Assembly (NCBI RefSeq): GCF_006345805.1
Contig: NW_021833357.1
Span: 1-27,399 of the forward strand
Length of the DNA: 27,399 bases
DNA from: Octopus sinensis
Taxonomy: Eukaryota
Direction of reading: 5' to 3'
Made by a program: the position numbers and the translations under genes. The notes below the pieces were generated by a model. That model was given only the letters and a program-made list of their open reading frames with translations. It was not told the origin of the DNA and did no database searches. Shown one piece after another: positions 10,641 through 21,990 of this stretch. Position 1 is the first letter of the stretch. Each line of letters begins with the position of its first letter.

Positions 10641-12240
10641 AGAGAAGGGAGTGGTATGATAGTAGTAAACTGTACGTAGAGTCTTCTTGAATGGCCGAGT
10701 GACCTAATATTTGCGTAGGTATTATTCTAAGACCCTTGTAATAGTGTCATCTGTGATTGAAGCATTCAAAAGAAGTTTATATTTTGCGATAAAATATGGT
10801 TCTTTGCTAATGCGCTGATTATAGGTTGTATTGTCCCTAAATTTATAGAGGGGAAACATTTCGAAGTTGGATTGTTCGTTAGTGACGCAAATGTCGATGT
10901 GTTCGCTAAATACTATTTTTCTGTATTCCTGAATTTTAATCTGGGATCTATGTAGGGTCTTCCTTTGACGTAGACTGTTTTTGGTTTGGACTATGTTTTG
11001 CTCTCGACACTCTGAGAAAGTTAACACATATTAGGTTTACCAAAACACATGTGAAACTGTTTTTCACTGTAAAACGTTGAATTTGTTTGAAGAACAACTC
11101 CAATCTCTCAATTAGGTTGACGCATATACAACAATTAGGTCTTCCACATTTTTACTGACGGTTTCAATGTTGTTCATGAGTATATTTGGGCTTGTGTTAG
11201 AAGACGTTTCATTAACTTGGGTTCTCTTTTTCTCTTTATAATGAATGGTGTGCGTTTGGAAGGTTAGATTCATTCTGTGGTCTCTTTTTAATAGAGGTAT
11301 GATCTGGAGGATGGTGTCGAAGACTTCATTGTTAAAGGGGTTATTTGTGGTTATGTATGGTTGTAAATGCTTCTTTAATTTGGGATGACTCAGTTCGTGG
11401 ATGTTGAGTTGCAGGACACGTTGAAAGCCTATGTCAATTAGTGATGGTGGGTAATTCCTGCTGATGAGTGTATCTTTAGCACATGTAGATGTGTGTCCCT
11501 GGTGCTAGTATTAGAAACTATAGTACAAATGCTTCTTTCCAGGATGAAAAGGATATTCATTCTAGTGTATTTGGTGTGACATGAGTTGAACGGTGGATAT
11601 TACTTGGAGTCCGTAGGCTTAAAGTATATGTCTATTTCTCTTTTATTGTTGGATTTCTTAATGGGAATGTCGAATAATGGAAGTTGTTGATGGCTGTATT
11701 CCGTCGTAAATTGAATATTTATGTCAAGTCCATTTAGAAGTGCTTGAAATTCTTTAAGTCTCTTTATACTTTCATGCCAAAGAATGAAGCAGTCATCCAG
11801 GTATCTCTTTCAGTTATTTTCTATGTAGAGGGAGAATGGGTTGCCATACTTTTCTAGTACCTTACGATAAAGACTAATTTCTAGATATCTCATGATTAGG
11901 TTAGCAATCGATAGAAGTTGTCTTTGAAGACGAAGAAGTTATTCTTCACGATGAACTTTAGCCCTTCTATTACGAATTCTTTTATGATGTGGTGTGGGAG
12001 TTCATTGGAATAATTCTCTAGACAGAATTGGATTGCCTCTATTCCTAGGCTGACTACATCGAAGGATACTAGTAGGATGTCTTTATTTATTGTTTCAGGA
12101 AGTTGATTGAGCATATCTAGGTCGACTCTTATGTAGCTTTTGATATGCTTGAAGAATGGTTTTAAGAGGGTGTCTGAAAAGTTACTGAGGCGGTAGGTTT
12201 CGCATGTGGGGCCTGCTTTTATAGGTCTTAATTTGAGGTC
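10641..12240 (-). mobile_element. 5'-truncated, inactivated Penelope-like element (RT plus GIY-YIG endonuclease)
   Basis: Minus-strand translation gives LRPIKAGPTCETYRLSN, LLVSFDVVSL, KRYLDDCFILW (YLDD at 11803-11792), IQFTTE..LPLFD, DIYFKPTDS, CGRPNCCIC, FTC..NLI and NIVQT.NSLRQR..HR (degenerate YIGQT). Multiple stops, frameshifts and deletions. Confidence 0.92.
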
Positions 12241-12428
12241 TTATACACACACATATATATATATACATACATATAATAGAAAACTATAAGTTGCTTTAAT
12301 TTATAACAATGAGACTCAAACTTTTGGTTCGCGGTTGAATGGCACAATCAGTATAAAGCATCGGGCCACAATTCGTCTTGGATGAGAAGTATTTTGTAGC
12401 TTTCAATAAAAGTTGTTGTTTTTTTTTC

Positions 12429-12600
12429 TGCTTAGCGGTATTTCGTCTGCCATTACGTTCTGAGTTTAAATTCCGCCCGAGATCGACTTTGCCATTCGGG
12501 TTCGATAAATTAAGTACTAGTTGCGTACTGGGGTCGATTTAATCAACTGGCCCCTCTCCCAAAATTTCAGGCCTTGTACCTATAATAGAAAGGATTATTA
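12429..12600 (+). mobile_element. SINE family B, 5'-truncated, with (ATT)n tail
   Basis: gcttagcggtatttcgtctg...ctgagtttaaattccgcc...tttcaggccttgtacctataatagaaaggattatt. Confidence 0.9.
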
Positions 12601-12618
12601 TTATTATTATTATTATTG

Positions 12619-12675
<57 letters not shown>

Positions 12676-12710
12676 TATTATTATTATTATTATTATCATC
12701 ATCATTATTA
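12594..12710. repeat. (ATT)n microsatellite
   Basis: Directly visible. Confidence 0.95.
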
Positions 12711-12729
12711 TTTCTATTTTGCTTTTCAG

Positions 12730-12846
12730 AGGTCTCGATTTCACTTGTTCCTGGTAATTCTGTAAGAGCACACAACAACCTGTTGTCAAGGATCTCACAG
12801 GGTCTTTTTCTACGAACTTAACTCCCAAGTACCCACTTCAAAATCA
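12730..12846 (+). other. Candidate 117-nt cassette exon or pseudo-exon with one in-frame stop
   Basis: Acceptor tttctattttgcttttcag| and donor ca|gtaagt; length is divisible by 3. No homology confirmed. Confidence 0.3.
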
Positions 12847-12974
12847 GTAAGTCATAGTTAGACTTACTGAATAAATATTACTAGATGTTTCTAGATCAAA
12901 TGACAATAAACAGCCTATTTGGCAGCATATACAAATTATTATTAACACTATTACGTATTAAATATTAATTCATT

Positions 12975-13160
12975 AAATGGCGGCGAGCTGGCAGAATCGT
13001 TAGCACGCCGGACGAAATGCTTAGCGAAATTCTACCGAGGTTGACTTTGCCATTCATCCAATCGAGGTCGATAAAATAAGTGCCAGTTGAACACTGAAGT
13101 TGATGTAATCCACTAGCTCCCTCTCCCAAAACTGCCGACCTTGTGAAAAAATTGAAAATC
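12975..13160 (+). mobile_element. SINE family B with internal deletion
   Basis: Intact head ggcggcgagctggcagaatcgttagcacgccggacgaaatgcttagc. Confidence 0.9.
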
Positions 13161-13549
13161 TATAATAATAATAAATTGCTTGGTACTAAATATACTAAAT
13201 ATGTTAAAAGACAAAGAGAAATTTGGCTAAAATCTTAAAATAATATTCGGGCAATTTTCTTGTATTGAATTTTCATTGCCATCCAAAATAAATGCTTCCT
13301 AAGTACATATGTAATTTTATATTTCTTTTCATGCTATAAGACATTCAATTTCAGGCTAAGCCGTAATACCACATGATCTACAGATCGATTATGGTCGATG
13401 ACAACATATTTTATTGATTGCCACGAATTTTAACAATTATCTAAGAAAAAGAGACAAAGGTGGACGAGCTGGGATTTGAACTAAGAAATTAAAGAAACGT
13501 ACGTATCAATTAATGAGATCTTTTTCGACGCTCCTCTAATTTAGACACC

Positions 13550-13583
13550 GGTGCATATACATATATACATTTACACAGATATG

Positions 13584-13646
<63 letters not shown>

Positions 13647-13698
13647 CATATGTATATATATATATATATATATATTTATTTATTTATACATATATACA

Positions 13699-13748
<50 letters not shown>

Positions 13749-13865
13749 TACACAAATATGTACATATATACATAAGTATATACACATATATCGGTATACA
13801 TGCTTGTATATATTTGTATATATATGCTTGTATATGTGCTTGTATATATTTGTATATATATATAA

Positions 13866-13896
<31 letters not shown>

Positions 13897-14040
13897 ATAT
13901 AGGTGTGTATATATGTATGTATCAATGTATATATATATACACGAACGCACGTATGTACGCATGAATGCATGCATGCATGTAAGTGCGTGTATGCGTATGT
14001 ATGTACTAATGTAGGATATACGTATATTACAAACGCATAT
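13550..14040. repeat. TA/TACA/GATA compound microsatellite
   Basis: Directly visible. Confidence 0.95.
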
Positions 14041-14764
14041 ACACGATGAACGAAATGTAATACGAGAAAGGGTTTGAAAACTGTCAGTAAAAAAGGCCAG
14101 CAAAGGGAGAACTAAAAAAATGTATAAGTATGTCGCCAATATTTCGTTTCTATTTCTTTGATACGATTAATATGGACACTACTTACTCATACGACATGCA
14201 AACCATGGACGCCATATTTTTTTCATTTTATTCATTTCTACTTTGTTTTCTTCTTCGTATTTCATTAATATCCAAGATTTTCTGCATCACTAAAAATTGA
14301 CATGGTGATATGTCTTTCGATTTTTTTCATTCATACTCCTTTTCCCTTTTACCTAATTTGAAATATACAGTGTAATTAGAAGCAAATTTAAAGACATTTA
14401 TAGAAATAAGACCACACCCGTCAAAAATCCTTTGGTTAGTTTACTTGGAAGTAAATAAGGAAATGAAGAAAAATGTCTGCGTATTAGAAGAATAAATTTG
14501 TTTATATGAGGATTCATTTGATATTGTTTGAAATATCTTCTCATTTTTTTCTTCTTCTTGTTAATGTTGTTGTTGATGACACGGTTCGTTTGAAAATTAA
14601 CTGACCTTTCACATCTTATTTCTTATGACATTGTAATTTTTCAAATTAGTTCAAGCACTTTCTTTTTATCTCCTGCTCCTAGAAATTTCAAAATAAATAT
14701 GTAAAAAAATGAAATAAGGCAAGGAAATCAAACAATACACATACATGTTGTGTCACTATTTCCC

Positions 14765-14989
14765 ATGTATGTATATATATATTTTATATATGTATATATA
14801 TATATAATAATATATATATATTATATATATGTATGTATGTATGATATATATAAATGTATGTATGTATGAATAATTGTCTATATCAAAACGTAGTAATGTG
14901 ATTTATTATATACTCTTGCATATATAATATAAATAAAATGGGTGATGGATATAGGGACGAGATATCTATATATGTATAGAATATATATA

Positions 14990-15063
<74 letters not shown>

Positions 15064-15400
15064 GCATGTATTGTTTAAATATGTATTATATACATTTATA
15101 CATAATATATATATATGAATATACTTACATATATATGTGTATGTGTATATATATATATATATATGTGTGTATATATCTTTATATATATGAGTGTGTATGT
15201 GTCTGTGATATGTGTGGTTGCTGAGATATATGTTTTTTTGTTGTAAGGGAATATGTAAGTGCTTTTATACTTTTGCGCGTGTTTATTTACATTGATATAC
15301 ACGTATATAGGCCTGTATGTCAAAATATATCTGCGTGTATGTGTGTGTGCGTGTGCGCGCGCTTGGGTGAATGTTTGCGTATGTATACATAAATGCATGT
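14765..15400. repeat. TA/TG-rich microsatellite field
   Basis: Directly visible. Confidence 0.9.
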
Positions 15401-15779
15401 ATAAAAGTTGCTAAAAGTGAGCATGCGTGTGAGTTTGATGAGATTTTGTTAACAGAGTAAATACGAAATAATTTATATTGACCCTTAAATTTATTTCCCC
15501 ATCAATTTCTGAAAGTTATTTCATAATCCCCTTTGATCCTTTTCGGAGGACTGGGGGATAGGACTCGTTTAAAAACACACAACTGAATAGCATTTTCTCC
15601 CGTCTTTTTCTATTTTCTGATTGCATTATAAATGTTTATCCAGCCATTGTATGTATATAAAAAGTTTAAGAGAGTGTCTGAAAGTTGTGTTAAAAAGATA
15701 AATAAAAGAGTAGGGATACTGAAAAACAGAGAAGAAAGATGGAGACGTAGATATATAAACAGGTCGTAGCCAGCTATAT

Positions 15780-15940
15780 GTATCGATAGATAGGCAGATA
15801 GAAAATGGATAGGCAGACAGACAGAGAGACAGACAGGGAGATGGATGGATATATGGATACGTAGATAGACAGACGGACAGACAGGCAGATAGATTGATAG
15901 ATAGACAGACAGACAGACAGATAGATAGGTATATAGATAG
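15780..15940. repeat. Degenerate (GATA/GACA)n
   Basis: Directly visible. Confidence 0.9.
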
Positions 15941-16527
15941 GTTTCTTTATTGGCCACACAGGGCTGCACACAGATGGGACAAGTTACAAGGTAGAGCTTT
16001 TCTTTTGGGGGATAAAAAAAAAGGGTGGCGTAGGTTTTCGATCAAAAGGGATCGTAAAAGGGAAAAAAGAACAAAAAAAAGGAAAAGAAAAAAAGAAAAA
16101 AGGAAAAGGAACAAAGGAAAAGAAAAATGAAAAAGAAGAAAAAGGAGGAAAAAAGGGGAAGAGGAAAAAAAACGATCAATAGGGATCGCGTATCACAGTG
16201 TCATGATGTATGGTGTAAAGGGGAAAGCAGTAAGGTTTATCGGTGGGAAGAAAAGCCTACGAAAAAGACCACGGTAACCTTGGTCAATATTGTTATATGT
16301 TACCACATTGTTTGCAAGTGGGTAACCCTCTGTTTTCAATTTCTGGGTTCATAGGATTATGCTCAAGGTGGCTTCGTCATTCATACGTGCCATCCTTGCT
16401 ACATTCACCATCCTCTTTTTTTAAACATTCGCTAGACAAAACTTGCCTCTCTACTCTCACTTTCCTTTTCAAGAGGTACTTGAAGAAGTTGATGAGAGAT
16501 TGACCAGAGAGGAAAGTGTTTGTCTCC

Positions 16528-16530
<3 letters not shown>
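15941..16530 (-). mobile_element. 3' end of an L1/Tx1-like LINE (ORF2 C-terminus plus 3' UTR), 5'-truncated
   Basis: Minus strand reads LETNTFLSGQSLINFFKYLLKRKVRVERQVLSSEC, then after a frameshift RMVNVARMARMNDEATLSIIL* (stop at 16351-16349). The 3' UTR has a pyrimidine tract and AATAAA (15951-15946). The clade call rests on recalled resemblance; no catalytic motif is present. Confidence 0.6.

Positions 16531-16612
<82 letters not shown>
16530..16612. repeat. Perfect (GATA) repeat, about 20 copies
   Basis: Directly visible. Confidence 0.98.
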
Positions 16613-16649
16613 TAGATGTGCGATGCTTTATAAAAGTGTATGTGAATGT

Positions 16650-16725
16650 GCGTGACCTAGTGGCTAGGATTTGACCTGGAGACAATAGGGTCGTAGTTTC
16701 GATTTATGGATTAGGCAGTGCATTT
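16650..16725 (+). mobile_element. Diverged tRNA-like SINE head
   Basis: Box-A-like tgacctagtgg and box-B-like gtagtttcgatt at tRNA spacing. Confidence 0.45.
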
Positions 16726-17735
16726 CATTCCATGTTATCACACTCTACTCAGTGAAATTGTGGTACGCCTTCTCTCCTTTCATCTTTCACTTTGTACATC
16801 AAGGTCGGGTGGGCCCATGATGTCCCTGTGTTAGCCTGCGAATATACAAAAACCTAAAATAATAAAACCAGAAGCTAAGGTCTGGTATGACAAAATAATT
16901 GCCCCTTGTATATACACGAATATATGCACACATATATATATATACACACACATTTATTTATAATATATATATATATATATATACATACACACATATATAT
17001 ATATATATGTATGTATATATGTGTGTATATTTATATATATATATATATTGGCCTGCTCGCTTAGCCAGCGGGGTGGCGTCATTCGAAGGCTAAAACAATG
17101 CGAACGCATTGTGATCAGCGATGTGTAACAACATATGATGGTCTGGTCGGTCACGTAATCACTTGATCACGTGATATATATATATAATGTATATATGCAT
17201 ATACATACATATATATTTATAGATGGATAGATATATGATAGATATATACATATACAATATTATATATATATGACTGCTTTTACGTTATCAAAGATAAACA
17301 TTAATTGAAGGATCACTCAATACATTTAAGTGCTATATCAAATACAATTAATTAATTTCAACAAGAAGGAAATGTCCGACGGTGACTTGGAACTTTTGGC
17401 TTTGTTGCTTCTCTTAGGTTAATAGTCTGCCGAAAGCAACAAAGCCGAAACTGACAAATTCAGTTTGTGAGCCTTGCTTTGCTGTTCCCAAAACAACGAT
17501 GTGCCCCAGATATTTTGAGTTTACAAGAACAAGCAAAAGGATTTATGTCAGTTTATCCTTTCACTTCATTTATTTGTTTACTCAGCATTATTTCTTTATG
17601 ATTACCGAAGAGATATGTTGCATTTGTGTGTATTTTTCTTAAGAATTTCAGACGTTACAGAATGTCCACATTGATTACGGACTTCATCCGTCTCTTAACC
17701 TCTTAGTCAGTAACTTCCCATCAGGTCGCGCTATC

Positions 17736-18222
17736 GTGGCAAGGGCTTATGGTTCTTTTTCTTTGCTACATTTAGGCAACTCTATTGTTCCCCAGGGTTC
17801 GATTTTGTTCCTCACCCTCATTTTCCTATACATCAATAACTTACAATCTGTCACGACCCACAACGCCTACACCGTCAAAGATGACCCGACTTTTAAGTTT
17901 TCTCTAAATTTCACAAACCATATATCAGCCCCTCACTGCCAAGATGCAACATAACATGTCACCACTAATTCTATAAAAAGATAAATTTAACTTTCTCTAA
18001 TGGTGCCATTTCAGTCTTCTCTCTTTCAACAGCAAAACACCACAAGCAATGTTTTGTACCAATCACTTTTAAACATGATCGATAGTTAACTGATTCCTTC
18101 ACACCCGCTCCAAATATGAAACCTCACAATCACTGACAATCTTACCTGACGAAGCGATATCCTTCTTACTCGTAGGCTGTACCAAAAGTAATGCCAAAGT
18201 CGGCATAACGTTTTATAAGCTG
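17736..18222 (+). mobile_element. Highly degenerate CR1/L2/Jockey-group LINE RT fragment
   Basis: VPQGSILFLTLIFLYINNL (17787 onward), YTVKDDPT (DD at 17880-17885) and later LTITDNLT*RSDI (from 18123), in the expected order. Confidence 0.7.
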
Positions 18223-18224
18223 AC

Positions 18225-18530
18225 ATAAGTCAGTCAAATTGCTCATAAGTACCTACTGCGTGGGTTGTCACCAACACTAGTTTCCTCCTCTCTAAAATTC
18301 TTGATGCATTTATGCACATTACTTTGTTAATGGTGTCATCTACGTAAACAAGTTGTAACTTTCTGTGGATGTGGGACACTTCGCACCCATCCTTCGTGTA
18401 GAATCTAATGGCGGAACGTTGCTTCTGCTTGGAATCCATTATCTTGCGTGGTGTGAAGAACAGAAACAAAAGTTATTATCGAAAAAGCGTTGCTCTACCA
18501 AGACGTATAATTTGAACAGTTTATGTCAGT
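18225..18530 (-). mobile_element. Mariner-type transposase N-terminal (HTH) remnant
   Basis: MDSKQKQRSAIRFYTKDGCEVSHIHRKLQLVYVDDTINK from ATG 18439 resembles the mariner QR..IRF....G....EIHR.L..VYG start; it then degenerates. Confidence 0.65.
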
Positions 18531-18819
18531 TAATAAAAACAGTTTTTACTACGTTGACACTATTTATATTATCCTCGTGACTGGGTCCCTATCCTGGGGT
18601 CTGGTATTATGGTGTCTGACAATTGTTGTCAATTCAAAAAGCTTAAGCAAGGTTCACAATGGATTATTACTGCCACTCCTGGAAAAGTGCTACACCGTAC
18701 CAGAACAGATACAATTACACTCAGTAGTGCAGACAACGAAGCATGCAGTAAGAATAACAATATTGACTAATAATAATTGGGAGAGTAAGATGGAGATTCT
18801 TGTAGTGGTGATGGTGGGG

Positions 18820-18865
18820 GGTCATGGTGGTGGTGGTGGTGGTGATAATGATTATGATGATGATG

Positions 18866-18902
<37 letters not shown>
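18820..18902. repeat. (GGT)n/(GAT)n microsatellite
   Basis: Directly visible. Confidence 0.95.
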
Positions 18903-18945
18903 CTACACACATACAAATGAAACATCCTATATATAAGAGGGTATA

Positions 18946-19156
18946 TTGCAGAAACGTTAGTACACCGAGCGAAATGCTTAGCGGTATTTCGTCTGCCGTT
19001 ACGTTCTGAGTTCAAATTCCGCCAAGGTCGACTTTGCCTTTCGGGGTCGATAAATAAAGTACCAGTTTCGCACTGGGGTCGATGTAATCGACTTAATCCC
19101 TTTGTCTGTCCTTGTTTGTCCCCTCTATGTTTAGCCCCTTGTGGGCAGTAAAGAAA
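18946..19156 (+). mobile_element. SINE family B with LINE-like tail (tail 3), flanked by a TSD
   Basis: Box B gagttcaaattcc; tail tttgtcccctctatgtttagccccttgtgggcagtaaagaaa; aagagggtata on both sides. Confidence 0.92.
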
Positions 19157-19584
19157 TATATATATACAAGAGGGTATACATAAACTAAAATTTGAGACTG
19201 ATTTTCACAAATTAGCATCTCTCAGACATTAATAGAAACACATACATCCTTAAACACATACACACAGACACGCATGCACACATACACAATTACACACACG
19301 CACGTACACTACCTCGATATAGACCAATTTGTTAACAAAAAAAAATGGTTATATGCTTGCTGATATTCCGGACAGTTACAGTCACATAAACGCAACTAAG
19401 TTTGCCAAACAGTTTAATATAGATCTGATGGGGATGACAATCATTCCTCTCGATATCAATCATTTATAACTTACACAAATCTTGTACAGTTTATCACACC
19501 TGATCATTTATTTGAAGTGTGGTGGGAAGCGGAATACTGTTGAAACAATTATAACCGATATTAAATTTCCATTATCTATATATA

Positions 19585-19621
19585 TTTTCATATATATATA
19601 TATATACGTACATACACAAAT

Positions 19622-19682
<61 letters not shown>

Positions 19683-19965
19683 AGAACGGATGGGTGGATG
19701 AATGAATGGATAGCTAGATAGATATACTTATATACATACATGTATATATATATGTGTATGTGTATGATATATATATACATGCATATATAATATTATATAT
19801 ATATATATATAATATATATATATATATGAATATATATATATTATATATATGCGTGTGTGTGTGTATGTATATTACTATATATATGTAATGCATATATGTA
19901 TGTATGCATAATACAAACATAATACAAACATGTATGTATGCATAATACAAACACACGCGTGTACA
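19585..19965. repeat. TA/GATA compound microsatellite
   Basis: Directly visible. Confidence 0.95.
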
Positions 19966-20209
19966 CACACATATTCGTTGTTAGAGTCATATGAATTTTG
20001 TAAACTTTCGAGAAACCATGTAATATTCATCTGGGAGTGGGTCTTGAAGACAATAAATAATAGCATGTAAATATTGGGCTGAAAAAAAACATTTTGCTTG
20101 CAAAGAAGAAGGATATCGTATTATTCATCAGGGCGCATAGTTCAAAAATAGACATCTTACTAAGCATTTGTCATTCTTTTGAGACTGTCTTTGTTGTTAA
20201 TATTTTAGA

Positions 20210-20405
20210 AAGGCGATGAGCTGGCAGAACCAATAGTACGCCAGACAAAGTGCTTAGCAGTATTTTGTATGTCTTTGCGTTTTCAGTTCAAATTCCACCG
20301 AGGATGGCTTTGCTTCATTCTTTCCGAAACCAAGTACGGGAACCAATGTCATTGACTTACCCGTTCCCTCAAAAAACTGCAGGTCCTTTACCGAAATTTG
20401 TAACG
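20210..20405 (+). mobile_element. Diverged SINE family B
   Basis: ggcgatgagctggcagaacc...cagttcaaattccaccgagg. Confidence 0.8.
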
Positions 20406-21565
20406 AATATTCTCGTTAGGGCTTGGAATAATCGTTAAAGCGTATGAGGAAATATTTTGCGATAGATAAATCGAATTTTTATATTTTAAGTCCATCAAGT
20501 TCAGCGTCACTTTTCATTCGTCAGAGCTGATAAAATAAACTATCAGTGAAATACTCCGGTTGGAAAATCGACTAAACCTTGCATCCATTCTCCAAAATTG
20601 TAACCTGTGTCTGTTACATATTTTTAAGAAATGGCATTGCAAATCAATTAGCTAGTGCAACAGTCATTGCAACACTAATTTCCCACAACAATCTTTTAAC
20701 AGAGAAATGAATGGACAACAAAACCAGTATCAACATCAGCAACAACATCGACGAAAACAACACAAATGAAAAGATCGATTGAAATACTGCCACCATTGAA
20801 CGAGAATACGAGTCTTCGAAGTCAGTTGCTCCCATAAGTACCAAAATAAAATTTGGGATTTATGGAGGGTCAAAGTTGAGAACAAAAACAGGACAGTGGA
20901 GACAAACAAGGAAACCGAACGAAAACAAACATGGACGATCGGTAAACCAGAGCGAGGCTAAAAATAGCGAACGCTGGAGAAATATTTTCTGTGATAAGAG
21001 AAAAGATAGAAGAGAGTGCTAGGATACGTCCAGTCCTGAGGACAGTTCTGAAAGAAAAGAAAGGTAATCACGTGAAGAAAAGAAAGATGGATGATGGTCA
21101 CGTGTAAGCTACGAGAGGGTGTAAAGGAGAAAGAGGGGATATTTATGCATATATCGGTACAGGACGTCAGAAAATGTAAACAACATAAAATACGAAGACA
21201 AACTTGGATATGCGAACGACGAGAGAAACAAATGGAAAACAGAACAAGTAACATAAAGAACGACCCTTATATGACAAAATAAGAAAATGGAGATATAATA
21301 TTTAATAAAAATTTATTAACTGCAAAAATCAAACAGTTGTTTCAAATGTTTGATTTTTGCAGATAATAAATTTTAATCAAATGTTGTATCTCCAATTTTC
21401 ATACTTTCTTTTGAATGGTTATAAACCATGATTTATATATATAAAACTATTGGTTTACGAATATTATAATTCACAACAAATATTAGGTATTAAACCAGTA
21501 ATTCATTGGATAACACCATCCCTTAATGAGGCTGATTTAAGCTCTAATTGAATTTGTAGATATAT

Positions 21566-21938
21566 ATGGAAGCACTCCGTCGGTTACGACGACGAGGGTT
21601 CCGGTTGATCCGATCAACGGAACAGCCTGCTCGTGAAATTAACGTGTAAGTGGCTGAGCACTCCACAGACACGTGTACCCTTAACGTAGTTCTCGGGATA
21701 TTCCCGTGACACAGAGAGTGACAAGGCGGCCCTTTGAAATACAGGTACAACAGAAACAGGAACTAAGAGAAAGTTTGGGTGGAAAGAGTACAGCAGGGAT
21801 CACCACCATCCCTGCCGGAGCCTCGTGGGCTTAGGTGTTTTCGCTCAATAAACACTCACAACGGCCGGTCTGGGAATCGAAACCGCGATCCTACGACCGC
21901 GAGTCCGCTGCCCTAACCACTGGGCCATTGCACCTCCA
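21566..21938 (-). mobile_element. Full-length tRNA-derived SINE family C with probable 11-bp TSD
   Basis: Minus-strand head has box A TGGCCCAGTGG and box B GGTTTCGATTCC. Flanks are tgtagatatat (21555-21565) and tgtaaatatat (21940-21950). Near-identical to 24641-24911. Confidence 0.9.
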
Positions 21939-21990
21939 CTGTAAATATATATATATGTATGTATGCATGTATGAATGTATATATGTATAT

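Noticed and set aside
10650-10700. Possible hammerhead in the PLE 3' region (ttcaagaagactctacg on the minus strand)
   Set aside because: Neither the CUGA core nor a GAAA segment nor stem I can be built.
17398-17466. Hairpin followed by GAAAC and a second stem, resembling half of a hammerhead
   Set aside because: There is no CUGANGA segment 5' of the putative stem II on either strand.
18928-18945. aagagggtata as a possible mariner TIR for the nearby transposase remnant
   Set aside because: The two copies are direct repeats bracketing a SINE and are better explained as a TSD.
21860-21938. tRNA-like sequences with A and B boxes, here and in other SINE heads
   Set aside because: They lack a complete cloverleaf and acceptor stem and run into SINE bodies, so they are not tRNA genes.
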